Shown: positions 1 through 10,024 of the stretch, piece by piece
How the letters are laid out: the number at the start of each line of letters is the position of its first letter
Numbering within the stretch: position 1 is the first letter of the stretch
NCBI GenBank assembly: GCA_041650915.1
Contig: JBAZKE010000006.1
Coordinates: 8,961-72,960, forward strand
DNA length: 64,000 bases
Origin: Patescibacteria group bacterium
GTDB lineage: Bacteria; Patescibacteriota; Patescibacteriia; UBA10025; JAHIVO01
Direction: 5' to 3'
Program-made: the position numbers and the translations under genes
The notes under the pieces: generated by a model
Told to the model about the DNA's origin: nothing
The model's input: only the letters and a program-made list of their open reading frames with translations
Database searches by the model: none

Positions 1-1
1 T

Positions 2-334
2 CAAGAATTACAAAGAGTTGGGGCTAAAAAGAAGTACGTTGAACGGTTTGACCGCTACGACCGCGCTTCCATTGCCAAATGGCTCGCGAGTGTAGTGGAT
101 AAAGCGGCGCAGGATCAAGAAGACGCGCAAGACCTAATTGATGAAATCGCGGACAGCGACGACCCGCGCGCCGGCCAGAATTTCTCCAAGCTGCTCAAAG
201 ACCATATCGCAAATCAGAACCACATCATGACCTGGGCTTTGGATAAATTAGAGCGCATCGACGAGCTTGCCAAGAAACCAACGCCGGAGTCAAAATCTGA
301 AACTGCAGCTACTCCAGTAGCTCCTGCAATTTAA
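2..334 (+). CDS. hypothetical protein, 5'-truncated by window edge
   Basis: Frame of ORF 95..334 is open back to position 2. Confidence 0.6.
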   Translation, partial: QELQRVGAKKKYVERFDRYDRASIAKWLASVVDKAAQDQEDAQDLIDEIADSDDPRAGQNFSKLLKDHIANQNHIMTWALDKLERIDELAKKPTPESKSETAATPVAPAI

Positions 335-355
335 TTTCAGCCGTAGAGGTTTTAT

Positions 356-1075
356 ATGACAAAACTAGCTGATCGCGTTGCTCAGTTTACCAAGCGACTT
401 GCAGATTTGGATGTAGATCTACAGGCTCAAGTTGCAGATTCAGTCGCCGACCCCATTGAAACCATGCCGGACCCGGAACCCGTGGAATCCGTGCAGCTCG
501 GTGCAGTGTCGCCAGCGCTCCGTGGACAAATGGGAAATGCTCTGGCCGACGTGTTCGATAATTTCGGGCCCGAGATTTACAATGGCGTCGTGCTTGCGAT
601 CAAGGAAGCGCTCAAGTCTGCTTTCGAGGAAGGCTCGAACCAAATCGAGTCGGCCGTCGAAGAGGAGCTTGGTGCCCGGGGCATCAAAGCCGCGCAGAAG
701 CATTTCCGCAATTGGATGACCGAACTCACAGCAGTCATTACCCAGCAAGGTCTATCCGACGCTGCTATCTCGGCTGCTGATGAAGCTTCGACGTTGGCGG
801 CGGAATTCGCGAGCGAGAAGTCCGTGTCCGAGGCGCCAGATCTCCCCGGGCTCGAAGACATCGAAAACGTTCCCCTTGAGGACGTCGAAGTCGTGGAAGA
901 GCAGCCTGCAGAGACTGAAGAAGCCGCTGCTCCGGCATTCGAGAACACTGAGGCGGAAGGCGAAGCCGGTGGGGAAGCTGGTGGAGAAGTACCGCTCGAA
1001 GCTATTCCGGCCGTCGGTGCTGGTTTCCCGCAACCCCACATTACGCGCCGGACGCCCAAGACGTTCAAACGCTAA
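356..1075 (+). CDS. acidic head-region protein (scaffold-like)
   Basis: RBS-like GAGG upstream; very Glu/Ala-rich; lies upstream of the capsid genes; function inferred from position only. Confidence 0.55.
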   Translation: MTKLADRVAQFTKRLADLDVDLQAQVADSVADPIETMPDPEPVESVQLGAVSPALRGQMGNALADVFDNFGPEIYNGVVLAIKEALKSAFEEGSNQIESAVEEELGARGIKAAQKHFRNWMTELTAVITQQGLSDAAISAADEASTLAAEFASEKSVSEAPDLPGLEDIENVPLEDVEVVEEQPAETEEAAAPAFENTEAEGEAGGEAGGEVPLEAIPAVGAGFPQPHITRRTPKTFKR

Positions 1076-1085
1076 GGAAAGCACC

Positions 1086-1358
1086 ATGACACCTAAATTT
1101 ATTCGCGTTGCTGGGAAATTATACCGCAAGGCCGAGGGCCTCGAAGATATCGAAGCCGCACTCAATGCCGTCGTGAAGGCCAAGAGCGTGCTCCAGGGCC
1201 TCGGAATTGATTTCTCCGACCTCGTGCAGGCAGAGAAAACTCTCAAAGCAGAAGCTCCGAAACCCAGCACGCAAAAGATTGATGCCGCGGTAAAGCCGGC
1301 GCCAGAATTAATTCGCGTCGCCGGCAAACTCTATCGCAAAGTACCAACCCCAGCCTAA
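1086..1358 (+). CDS. small protein with two copies of the IRVAGKLYR tag
   Basis: AAGGA RBS then ATG at 1086 (MTPKFIRVAGKLYRKA...PELIRVAGKLYRKV); the ORF-track start at 780 overlaps the previous gene. Confidence 0.8.
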   Translation: MTPKFIRVAGKLYRKAEGLEDIEAALNAVVKAKSVLQGLGIDFSDLVQAEKTLKAEAPKPSTQKIDAAVKPAPELIRVAGKLYRKVPTPA

Positions 1359-1630
1359 TGTCACTATTTGCCAACAATTTCCTGGTAAAGCAAATCGAAG
1401 CGGAAGTCTTGCGAGATCATCTCGCAGACTTCGAATTAATTTCTGGCGTGGCCAGGCGGCACTTCGATTTGATTCCAGGCATTGAATTGGCAAAACTAAT
1501 TTCCGAACTCACGCAGGACCAGTACAAGTTATTTGACCGCTGGTTCTCTGAGCAGCCGCGCTATAATTTTGCCGTCGCCGTGCGAACCGCTCTGGCACTT
1601 TGCGTGGCGATCAAGTTGATCGAGAAATAA
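1358..1630 (+). CDS. hypothetical protein
   Basis: TAATG stop/start coupling with the upstream gene. Confidence 0.6.
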   Translation: MSLFANNFLVKQIEAEVLRDHLADFELISGVARRHFDLIPGIELAKLISELTQDQYKLFDRWFSEQPRYNFAVAVRTALALCVAIKLIEK

Positions 1631-1631
1631 A

Positions 1632-2117
1632 TTGGATTTGCTAACCCTAGCCCACGCCTTAGCCGTCTGGCCTGAACGCGGCCCAGTCAGTCCAGGTGTA
1701 GCGCAGGAGTTTCCAGAAATTAATCCCTGGGCTTCCCGTGCAGTGCTCTACGGAGCAGAAATGCACGTTGCTTACCCGTTGGCACCTTCTATATATCCCA
1801 GATATTTCGATAAGCCGGTTGTCAAGCAGCACAAGCCTACAGGACCATCTCGATCTTCTGCTCTGGTAATTCGTCCCGGTTCTACTTTGCCTGTAACTCT
1901 AAATGGGCATCAGGCCACGGCAAACGTTGACTCCGCGCGCCGTATTCAGTATTCGGGCAAATACACGCATTTGAAATTGACCCTAATCGTCAACACTGAA
2001 AAATTACCCCTGACACTGCAAAACGAAACCAAATGTGCGTGCCTGTACTGTGGTACAGAGCCCCGGGGAAATGATTTCACGTGCCGTTCATGCGGCTCTC
2101 CGTTACCGGATTGCTAA
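1632..2117 (+). CDS. hypothetical protein with C-terminal zinc ribbon
   Basis: CLYCG...CRSCG at C-terminus. Confidence 0.6.
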   Translation: MDLLTLAHALAVWPERGPVSPGVAQEFPEINPWASRAVLYGAEMHVAYPLAPSIYPRYFDKPVVKQHKPTGPSRSSALVIRPGSTLPVTLNGHQATANVDSARRIQYSGKYTHLKLTLIVNTEKLPLTLQNETKCACLYCGTEPRGNDFTCRSCGSPLPDC

Positions 2118-2123
2118 TTATTC

Positions 2124-2396
2124 ATGCGTAACACGATTAAATATCTTGGTGTCGAATATGTGAGAGTCGCCGAAGCGCAAGACGCTTTGAGCACCGCACT
2201 GCAGCAGCTTAAAAATGCTAGAGAACAACTCAAGCACGCTACCGGTGATTATGGCAATAAGGCAACGTTGGCCAAAGCAATCGCTAGTGCTGATTCTTGG
2301 ATCGAGGCGGCGAGAAATAAAATTAAACAGCACGTCAAACAAATGCAAGAACCGCACATCGCCTCGGCAGAACTAGATAATATAGCCGACGAGTAA
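2124..2396 (+). CDS. small helical protein with N-terminal tag (IKYLGVEYVRVA)
   Basis: ORF in operon context; tag variant at N-terminus. Confidence 0.7.
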   Translation: MRNTIKYLGVEYVRVAEAQDALSTALQQLKNAREQLKHATGDYGNKATLAKAIASADSWIEAARNKIKQHVKQMQEPHIASAELDNIADE

Positions 2397-2442
2397 ATCT
2401 CAGGTACTCGACCCGCGGCAATGAATTAAATAGTTTCGATTC

Positions 2443-2461
2443 CACCTTAATTTTTGGTTAG
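2443..2461 (+). promoter_or_regulatory. putative phage late promoter (weaker copy)
   Basis: CACCTTAATTTTTGGTTAG, intergenic, upstream of the 2581 gene. Confidence 0.45.
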
Positions 2462-2580
2462 AGTCAGTTTTGATACCAAGAAACTGGTTTGTGGTATTTC
2501 CGGAGTACCGGAATTCATTAGCGCAAACTGCATTTTCAGCATTCGGCTGAAAATGCGTAAAAATTCCGCAGGAGGATAAA

Positions 2581-3384
2581 ATGGCCCTACAGCCCACTAT
2601 GTCTCGTCAATCCAAGCTCGATATGACCCGTTCTTATTTCCAGCGTCGTGAGGAATTCGCTCTCACGGCCGCGACCAACCTCGTCGAGGAAGGCCAGCTC
2701 GCCGCTATGGGCGGGACTGTGGGGCGCGAAGTCACGACCACTGGCGGTCTCGCGGTGACTGAGGTTCCCGCAGGCGTAATGCTTCTCGGTTACATCGATG
2801 CCAATACTTTCTCTTACTGCGAAAGCGGCACCGTACCGGCTTCTCTGTCCTACACCTTGAAGTTCAACAATCTCGTAGTCAATCCCTACACTACGCCGCT
2901 TGTTGACGCCTTCGTGGCGATCAATTCCACCGGGCTCGAGATTCCAGTGGTTGCCCCGGCTCCCGCAAACGGCCAAGTTAGCATCGCGGGCGCCACAGGC
3001 GTCATGACGTTTGCCGCACTTCAGGCCGGTGGCGCGCTTTCGATGGTCGGCGTAGTATTCACCGTGCGGTATCGCTGGACACTTACGACTGTACAGGCGC
3101 GAGAGATCGTGCGTCAGTCAGCGATCGGTCGTGGCTCTGAAGGTACTTACCGCAAAGCCATCGTAGGTCGCGGCGACGGTTGCCGTTGCTTCACTACGAC
3201 TTATGATGCTGATGGTGTGTGGGAGCTAAATCGTCAGGACGGCGCTGCTGGTTCTCCGGTGCTCGGGGCTGGTGGTGTATGGACGACCTTCACGAATAAC
3301 AACAACGGAACTCCGTTCGGGCGCGTTGTATCTCTCCCGAGTGTGAACGATCCATACCTCGGTATGGAATTCACGACTCCCTAA
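2581..3384 (+). CDS. putative head decoration/structural protein, paralog 1
   Basis: AGGAGG RBS; Gly/Thr/Val-rich; clearly paralogous to 3611..4405; upstream of the capsid gene. Confidence 0.6.
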   Translation: MALQPTMSRQSKLDMTRSYFQRREEFALTAATNLVEEGQLAAMGGTVGREVTTTGGLAVTEVPAGVMLLGYIDANTFSYCESGTVPASLSYTLKFNNLVVNPYTTPLVDAFVAINSTGLEIPVVAPAPANGQVSIAGATGVMTFAALQAGGALSMVGVVFTVRYRWTLTTVQAREIVRQSAIGRGSEGTYRKAIVGRGDGCRCFTTTYDADGVWELNRQDGAAGSPVLGAGGVWTTFTNNNNGTPFGRVVSLPSVNDPYLGMEFTTP

Positions 3385-3402
3385 CGGCAATTAGTTAATT
3401 GC

Positions 3403-3436
3403 AGCCCGCTGGAAATAATTTCCAGCGGGCTTTTTA
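3403..3436 (+). terminator. Rho-independent terminator
   Basis: AGCCCGCTGGAAA / TTTCCAGCGGGCT stem followed by T-run. Confidence 0.85.
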
Positions 3437-3477
3437 TTTGCCGGAAGCACAAATTTAATTACTGGTTATCTATTTTT

Positions 3478-3495
3478 CACGTTACACTTTATTAG
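3478..3495 (+). promoter_or_regulatory. putative phage late promoter
   Basis: CACGTTACACTTTATTAG, upstream of the decoration-2/major capsid operon. Confidence 0.65.
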
Positions 3496-3610
3496 ACCAC
3501 CATAGAATCACAACATTAATCGTCTTAATCGAATTACACGGTACCATTAGGTACTGAATAAATTTCTGGCGAAAGTCAGGAAAAATTAAACATCGTTTTA
3601 GGAGGCCAAA

Positions 3611-4405
3611 ATGGCTATTCAGCCGGGCGCAAGCCTGCAAAGCAAGTATGATCAGACCCGCAGTTATTTCCAGCGGCGAGAGGAATACGCTCTCACTGCT
3701 GCCACCGTCCTCGTGGAGGAAGGCCAGCTAGCGGTTCGTGCTGGGACTTCTCTCACGACCGTAACGACTTCAACCGGTGCTGCGCTTGAGATGCCGGTCG
3801 GCGTAATGCTTCTTGGGGAAATTGACGCCAATACTTTTACTTGGGTCGAGACTTTCACGATCCCTAACGCGGCAATTCCGACCTTCACACTCAAGTACAA
3901 CAACCTCGCGCCGTCGAACTACACGCTCGGTCTCGCTGATAACAGCGACATCTATGTGTACGACAACACCGCTGCCGGTCAGATGGCGCAGGCCAACCCG
4001 GCTCCCGCGGACAATCAGTTCTCTTGCACGGCCGCAACTGGCGTGCTGCGTTTCCACATCAACGACATTGGTCACTCTGTGACCGCGCGTTACCGGTGGA
4101 CCCTCACGACTCCGCAGTCACGCGAGATCGTACGCCAGTCGGCTGTGGGCCGCGGGTCAGAAAATACTTATCGCAAGGTAATTATCGGCCGCGGTAACAA
4201 CTGCCGAATTTACACTACGATGTACAGCCCGCAGGCACTCTGGACTCTGAATCTTCAGAGTGGTCTCCTGAACTCCCCGGCGCTGGGCGCGGGTGGCATT
4301 TGGTCGACCGTGACCCAGTCGACCACCGGCGTGCCATTTGGCCGTGTAATTCAGCTACCGAGTCTCAATGATCCCTACCTGGGCATTGAGTACACGACTC
4401 CTTAA
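3611..4405 (+). CDS. putative head decoration/structural protein, paralog 2
   Basis: AGGAGG RBS; shares TRSYFQRREE, VMLLG.IDANTF, RYRWTLTT and PS.NDPYLG.E.TTP with paralog 1. Confidence 0.6.
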   Translation: MAIQPGASLQSKYDQTRSYFQRREEYALTAATVLVEEGQLAVRAGTSLTTVTTSTGAALEMPVGVMLLGEIDANTFTWVETFTIPNAAIPTFTLKYNNLAPSNYTLGLADNSDIYVYDNTAAGQMAQANPAPADNQFSCTAATGVLRFHINDIGHSVTARYRWTLTTPQSREIVRQSAVGRGSENTYRKVIIGRGNNCRIYTTMYSPQALWTLNLQSGLLNSPALGAGGIWSTVTQSTTGVPFGRVIQLPSLNDPYLGIEYTTP

Positions 4406-4445
4406 CTAACGGTTTAAACCGCTGATTTTTAGAAAGGATTCAATC

Positions 4446-5561
4446 ATGTCTATTTATCGCAACAAGATCGTGAACCGGCAGGGCGAGGACGTTGCTCAGC
4501 AGCCCCGACTTGCTACTCGCAGTAACGGTACCGTGGAGCGCACCGCGGCTCCGCTCGTCAACGCCAAGGGCGAGTACAACGCCTTCGATCAGAAGGATCT
4601 CAAGAACATCCTCATGACCCTGGCGAACCAGGTCGAGTCCGGCGAGATGCAGCGCGTGACTGCCGTCGACGAGGATGCGGCTTCCCGCCTCGTGACTGCT
4701 GCTCTGACCGAGCGCAACGCTGACCTCCGCGGCGGTGCCTTCGAGCGCGTCGGCCAGGTCGTCACGGACATGATTTCTGAAACGATGGGCCGCCAGTCGT
4801 TCTCAGATAAGATCTTCGCCCGCATGGACGCCAAAGAGGGCGTGGGCTTTGTGCCGCCCGTGAAGGTCGATCAGATGGACGTTGTTGCTTGGCACTTGAC
4901 CGCCAACGGCCAGGTTGCCGAGTCTCTCGTCAATCCCAAGTTCATCTACCCCGAGGGTTATTGGCTCCAGACTCTAGTGTACGTTGAAGAGCAGGATCTG
5001 TATTTCGCAGGTTCCAGCTTCCTCGAGCAGAAGCACCAGCGTGGTCTCGAGGCCATGCTCGTCCGCCAGGACAACGTGGCCAAGTTCCTCCTCGACGCCG
5101 CTGCCCCCGTGGCCAACGACGTCGTGACGTTCGGTACCTTCACCCCGACCGTCGCGGGTATTCTCCGTGATCAGGTGTGGCGTTGGAGTCTGACCCCCAC
5201 CACGATGCTCCTCGCTGTCGACCTCCAGCGGGACATTCTGTCTGATGACGACTGGCACAACGTTTATTCGCCAATTCAGAAGCACGTCCTCTTTGAAGAG
5301 GGGAAATTCGGCGAGATCTACGGGATGGAAGTGTTCACCGACGGTTTCCGTTACCCGACCCTGCGCGTCCTAGACCCAGGCGAAGTGTACTTCCTGTCGG
5401 CCCCCACGACCCTCGGCGTGCACATTCCTCTCATTCCTCTGTACAGCGAGCCCGTAAATCGGCACTTCGAAGGCATCCCCAAGAAGGGCTGGTTCGTCGC
5501 TTCCTACCAGGCTACCGTCGTGGCCAACAGCAAGGGCGTGTCCAAGGGCATCAAGGTCTAA
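4446..5561 (+). CDS. major capsid protein (HK97-like fold, inferred)
   Basis: 371 aa; strong codon bias; G..GEIYGMEV-type segment; follows decoration genes and is followed by a hairpin. Confidence 0.75.
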   Translation: MSIYRNKIVNRQGEDVAQQPRLATRSNGTVERTAAPLVNAKGEYNAFDQKDLKNILMTLANQVESGEMQRVTAVDEDAASRLVTAALTERNADLRGGAFERVGQVVTDMISETMGRQSFSDKIFARMDAKEGVGFVPPVKVDQMDVVAWHLTANGQVAESLVNPKFIYPEGYWLQTLVYVEEQDLYFAGSSFLEQKHQRGLEAMLVRQDNVAKFLLDAAAPVANDVVTFGTFTPTVAGILRDQVWRWSLTPTTMLLAVDLQRDILSDDDWHNVYSPIQKHVLFEEGKFGEIYGMEVFTDGFRYPTLRVLDPGEVYFLSAPTTLGVHIPLIPLYSEPVNRHFEGIPKKGWFVASYQATVVANSKGVSKGIKV

Positions 5562-5600
5562 CTTCTCCTAACTCTCCTTCCTAATTTCTTCTGATTACCA

Positions 5601-5628
5601 GGAAGCCCGATTTTGCGATCGGGCTTCC
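5601..5628 (+). terminator. stem-loop after capsid gene (terminator or mRNA stabiliser)
   Basis: GGAAGCCCGAT-tttgcg-ATCGGGCTTCC; no clear U-tract. Confidence 0.55.
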
Positions 5629-5658
5629 GCATAATTGGGCGAAATTCTTCAGGTTATT

Positions 5659-8600
5659 ATGAAAAATTTAGACTGGACTCCTGATACCGCGGAACAAGCC
5701 GGCGAGGCCATCGGCATCGCTTGGGATACAGCGGAATTTACACCGGAAGATTTGCTTCAGGGTATGAATGTCGAGCTTGAGCACTGTTCAGACCCAGATA
5801 CCGAAGTAATTACTTGTAATTCTGAAGATACTGCTCGAATCGCTTGGGCACACCTTAAAGAATCGTCCGCATATTATCGCAATCTAGCTAAAATGGAACA
5901 AAGCTTTAAAGAAGCCTCCGCCAGAACGGCCGCCGAGCTTGAACCCGAGGACTTGGCTAAAGCGCGCGGTCTAGAAAAAACTCGTCCTGTAGTTGACCCC
6001 TATGAAATTCGTGCGCGCGAAATTCTTAAAGAGCAAGGCAACGAGCAGCCGACAAAAAAAGAACTCGATGCAGCCTACGATTTAGCCTCACGTGAAGGGC
6101 GAAAGCCCGGCGCGGCACCGGCCCCAGAAGCCGCGTCCGAGCCAGTTAAAATCAAGCGCGGAAAAAAGGTCTATAAGGCGCCCAAGCAAAAAGCTGAAGA
6201 GCCCAAGCCCGACAAGCAAGAGTTCATCGCGGCTTTCCTGGCCGATTATGACCATAGGCGCAAGTCTTTTATCATTGATAGTCTGAATGCGCTACGCGCT
6301 GATAAATCTATTTCTAAAGAGCAGCGCGTTCAAGTAGGTAAAACTATCGCGGCCATGCAGCCCGAAGCTCTGGCGGCGTTTGCTTATTCTAAAGCACTTG
6401 CTGATTTTGAGACCAAAGCAAAAACTAAGGCACAAGAATCGGCTTTTCACACCAAAGTAAAACAATACCTCAAAGCGCAGGGTATCGAAGACTATACGCA
6501 AGAGCAATGGAGCGCGGCAGTTTCTGCGATCATCGCCCAAGAGCGCAAAGAAGCCAAAGAACTAGAGAACACCAATATAGAAAAAGGCACCAAGCATCTG
6601 CAAGAGAAGAAGGAAACTGTAGACCCAGAAGACGAACAAAATGATCAACAGGTTGCGGAGTTCACGCAGCCGCTAGTCACGTCTGCGGTCAGTCAAATCA
6701 AGTCTTTTGTCAAAAATCCAAAGGCGGAAGTCTGGACACAGTATCCTGGTGCAGATAAAACCCGGTGCTTCGTTTTAGATGTGTTGGTTCCTCGCGGTGA
6801 GCGCTACGCTGCACGCGTAGGTAATTATCTCAATATACCGGCTGATGTTGTGCTCGGTGCAATAGAATCATCCGGCGCAGCGTATAAAGAATACATTACA
6901 TACATCTCAGAGTTTAATACAGAACTCACCCAGGCTTTAACTGCAGCGTTTGAGGCTGAATTACCAAAGCTAGCACCGTACATAGATTTGGGTTTAGACA
7001 AAAAAGACACAGCGGATGCCGCCGACGATAAAAAAGCTAAACCGAAGATTAAATCCGATGTCCCCACACTTGACACCAAGCTCATAGGCTGGGAGCTGGA
7101 GATATTTGATACTGTAGCGTTTGGGGAATCTATTTCTGACGCACCCGAAGGTTTGCTTTTGGTTGCTACAATCGAAGAATCGTATATCGCCCATTGGTCC
7201 GCTGTGGACAAAGCGGCAATCAAAATTCTGCATACAGACATTCCTAAAACAGTTAAAAATCCAGGTAAGTGGCCTGATTGGGCAAAAACTGACAAATGGT
7301 TCGACGTCAGCACCGAGATGGCAGAACCCAGCGAAGCCGTGGTCGTGGCACAGCTTGCGAAGTACGCTGGCGGAAATGATTCCTACAGTCTAAGCGCTAG
7401 TTCGGCGCTCAAGCTCAAGCGTGATTCTGGTTCACCAGCGTACACTAAATATTTTGCTAAAAAGTTCGAAAATTTAAAGACTAAACCAGAAAAGACCGAT
7501 ACTCCGGTCATTGCGACAGAGATTTTCCGTGATTATTTAGAATTACCCGAATCAGATCCGCTACAGTCGCTAGCCGAAGCCATCGTTATGGAAAAAATGG
7601 GAGATATAGCGGAGCATCAGACAGCCAGAATACAAGATCAAGGATATACAGATTGGATGGTCCTGGTATACGATTCAGTCAAGCAGACTGTGATTCCTGA
7701 CGCGCCCAAAGGTCTATTGCTTTTAGGTATTATTTCCAAAAAAGATAAAGAACAGCACACTCAGGCGTTGGCACGACGCAAAGCCATTATCAATAGTGCG
7801 CAGGCTACAGGGGCACAGCAGCTTGAACTTTTTGGGCCCAATGCGGGGCGCGGTGAAGGCCAAGGTGTGGCTGAGTTTACCAAAAAGGCCGAGGCTGAAC
7901 TAGGACTTTCCGAGGATGAAGCCGATCTATGGCGCCAGTATTTCATTGTATCGTTGAAGCAAACTCAGCACACTCACGTGAAACCTATGCCGCGCAAACC
8001 AAAAAAATTCAAAACTGAAACAGGCAAGCAAGTGACTATGAAGCCCGACGAATCTGAATTCGCTGAAGATATTTCACAAATTGGTAAATCGGACGTCGAA
8101 ACCTACGACCAGCGTTACAGCAGCGTGAAGACGGCGGTGGTTAAGGACTGCAAAGAAAAAGACCTGGATGATCGCCCCAAGGCCGAGCAAAAAGTTTGCC
8201 TCTACAGCGAAGAGGGCAAGCTGCTCGGCCGGCATCCCACGGAAGAATCGGCGGAAAAGCAACGCCGCAAGGTCGAGATGGAAAAGCACTCGGCCTACTT
8301 CAAAGTCAATCCTCTGGCTTTCGTTTCGGCAGACGAAATTTCTGATTACTACGAAGAGCAACATCTCCGGATGGCCTATGGGTTCTATGACGCAGACCAA
8401 GCGCAAAGGGCCCAAGCCAAAGTAACGGCAATCTGGAAAATGCGCAAAGCTCGAGTTGGCGCAGAGTTGACCTATACCAAGCAAAACGGCAACGAAGTAG
8501 AATTCATCGGTACGGTGGACAGCGCGCGAACGTACCGAGGTACGGCTGGGCTGGATCCGGTAGCCATCACTTCCATCAATCCCTTTGAAGAATACGCCCA

Positions 8601-9384
8601 AGGCAAAATTGGCAACGACACGGCTGCACTGACCGCCGCACTGCAGTCTTGGCACGGAACGCAAACTAAAGTCGCTTCGAAAGGCAAAACCATGCTTAAA
8701 GTTAAAGCTTCAGCTCTTCTTCGCATTGCGGAACTCATTGAGGTCGATGCCCCGAGTAAAGAACAGATTCGTGCCGCTGGGCTCAAGTGGCTCGCCGAGG
8801 CAGTAAAACCACGACAGCGCACTGCGGCAGATCTAACTCCTCGCGTTGAGATGATGGACGCGCTGGAAGATCTAGGTATTGTGGTGAAGAACTTCCAGGA
8901 CGAAGGCAAATTTGTCGGCATGGTTAAAGATATCGGTAATGCCTTTGCCGCACAAAAAGACGCCATGGGTCTAAAACTGTGGAACGCGCTCAAGGCGGAG
9001 CTTTCGGCGCAGCTACGCGGAATGGCTGAAGATATTGGTTCAGGTGCTTCCGAGCAAGAAGGCTTCGCTGAGGCGCTAGGTGAAGCCATTAAAACCGCAG
9101 AAGGCAAAGTTCAGGCTTTCTTAGGCAAAGCCCAAGCCCAGCCCAGCGGAGTTGCAACAGCAGAAGTCAAGACCGCACTGAACGCTCCAGTATTCGCGCC
9201 ACCGCAGGACCCCACCACAGAACTGCAGAGTAAGCTAGCATATATCCTCAATACCATCGAAGACTACATTGCGCAATATGCAGGCGATGCCGCCAAACTC
9301 ATGGAAGTAAAAGGCGCGCTGGTTCGCGCTTGTGCTTCAGCCTATATTGATTTGAATTCACCGCGCGCCGCAGCCAAGAAATAA
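5659..9384 (+). CDS. large modular head-associated protein with N-terminal DUF5661-like domain
   Basis: GMNVELEH...IAWAHLKE..AYY..L resembles DUF5661; charged linkers; internal GKLLGRHPT...A.KQ module; ATG 5659 preferred over TTG 5635. Confidence 0.6.
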   Translation: MKNLDWTPDTAEQAGEAIGIAWDTAEFTPEDLLQGMNVELEHCSDPDTEVITCNSEDTARIAWAHLKESSAYYRNLAKMEQSFKEASARTAAELEPEDLAKARGLEKTRPVVDPYEIRAREILKEQGNEQPTKKELDAAYDLASREGRKPGAAPAPEAASEPVKIKRGKKVYKAPKQKAEEPKPDKQEFIAAFLADYDHRRKSFIIDSLNALRADKSISKEQRVQVGKTIAAMQPEALAAFAYSKALADFETKAKTKAQESAFHTKVKQYLKAQGIEDYTQEQWSAAVSAIIAQERKEAKELENTNIEKGTKHLQEKKETVDPEDEQNDQQVAEFTQPLVTSAVSQIKSFVKNPKAEVWTQYPGADKTRCFVLDVLVPRGERYAARVGNYLNIPADVVLGAIESSGAAYKEYITYISEFNTELTQALTAAFEAELPKLAPYIDLGLDKKDTADAADDKKAKPKIKSDVPTLDTKLIGWELEIFDTVAFGESISDAPEGLLLVATIEESYIAHWSAVDKAAIKILHTDIPKTVKNPGKWPDWAKTDKWFDVSTEMAEPSEAVVVAQLAKYAGGNDSYSLSASSALKLKRDSGSPAYTKYFAKKFENLKTKPEKTDTPVIATEIFRDYLELPESDPLQSLAEAIVMEKMGDIAEHQTARIQDQGYTDWMVLVYDSVKQTVIPDAPKGLLLLGIISKKDKEQHTQALARRKAIINSAQATGAQQLELFGPNAGRGEGQGVAEFTKKAEAELGLSEDEADLWRQYFIVSLKQTQHTHVKPMPRKPKKFKTETGKQVTMKPDESEFAEDISQIGKSDVETYDQRYSSVKTAVVKDCKEKDLDDRPKAEQKVCLYSEEGKLLGRHPTEESAEKQRRKVEMEKHSAYFKVNPLAFVSADEISDYYEEQHLRMAYGFYDADQAQRAQAKVTAIWKMRKARVGAELTYTKQNGNEVEFIGTVDSARTYRGTAGLDPVAITSINPFEEYAQGKIGNDTAALTAALQSWHGTQTKVASKGKTMLKVKASALLRIAELIEVDAPSKEQIRAAGLKWLAEAVKPRQRTAADLTPRVEMMDALEDLGIVVKNFQDEGKFVGMVKDIGNAFAAQKDAMGLKLWNALKAELSAQLRGMAEDIGSGASEQEGFAEALGEAIKTAEGKVQAFLGKAQAQPSGVATAEVKTALNAPVFAPPQDPTTELQSKLAYILNTIEDYIAQYAGDAAKLMEVKGALVRACASAYIDLNSPRAAAKK

Positions 9385-9395
9385 TAGAGGTTTCC

Positions 9396-9821
9396 ATGAC
9401 ACGCCAAGCTGGACTAGAAGCAGTTATCGATCTCTCGGATGAGATCTCCGACCTCGCCGATCTCGTCGCCGACGTAGCTTCAGCGATTAATTACAATTCG
9501 GCCAAGGCTGAGCTATTTGCCGTCATGCTCCTCGACGCCATCGCGGAGTCCGCGCAGGACAGCCAAGTCGACACTTTCATGGGTGTACCGAATGGTGTTC
9601 CTGGTGTGCCGCCGGCTCCCGGGGCACCTGCCGATATGATGCTCGAGGCGCCCGCGCCCATGACGGATATGCCCGGGGCACCGCCCGTGGACATGGGTCT
9701 GGGTTTGGGCGGTCCTGCGGAAGCTGAATTGGGAGGAGCGCCTGTACCAGCTGAATTGGGAGATACGCCCGGCCCAGACGACGAAATCGTCGATGTCGAT
9801 GAAGCCGACGTCGAGTTCTAG
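9396..9821 (+). CDS. acidic Pro/Gly-rich hypothetical protein
   Basis: GAGG RBS; ORF in operon. Confidence 0.65.
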   Translation: MTRQAGLEAVIDLSDEISDLADLVADVASAINYNSAKAELFAVMLLDAIAESAQDSQVDTFMGVPNGVPGVPPAPGAPADMMLEAPAPMTDMPGAPPVDMGLGLGGPAEAELGGAPVPAELGDTPGPDDEIVDVDEADVEF

Positions 9822-10024
9822 TGCCGCTCGCGAGATTCATTGTAGCGTGGTGCTGTGCGGCGGAGCTGCCCGACCGCAATGCAGTCATGAAATACTGTAC
9901 TTCCACCTTGGCTACGCTGCGTGACGTTCGGCATCATGGCCTCGCTGTAGAAGTCAGAGAAGCGATCAAGAAAGGTCGCGAGCGCTACATAAAAGATTTC
10001 ATTAAGGACCTGTCGTGCCGGTAG
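9821..10024 (+). CDS. hypothetical protein
   Basis: Coupled to the upstream stop; fills the gap between neighbours. Confidence 0.45.
   Translation: MPLARFIVAWCCAAELPDRNAVMKYCTSTLATLRDVRHHGLAVEVREAIKKGRERYIKDFIKDLSCR

Noticed and set aside
432-1493. Overlapping alternative-frame and antisense ORFs here and throughout the ORF track
   Set aside because: They shadow well-supported genes, lack RBSs and motifs, and are expected from GC-biased codon usage.
6145-6183. VKIKRGKKVYKA in the 5659 protein as another copy of the tag
   Set aside because: G-to-Y spacing is off by one and the site is internal; not counted.
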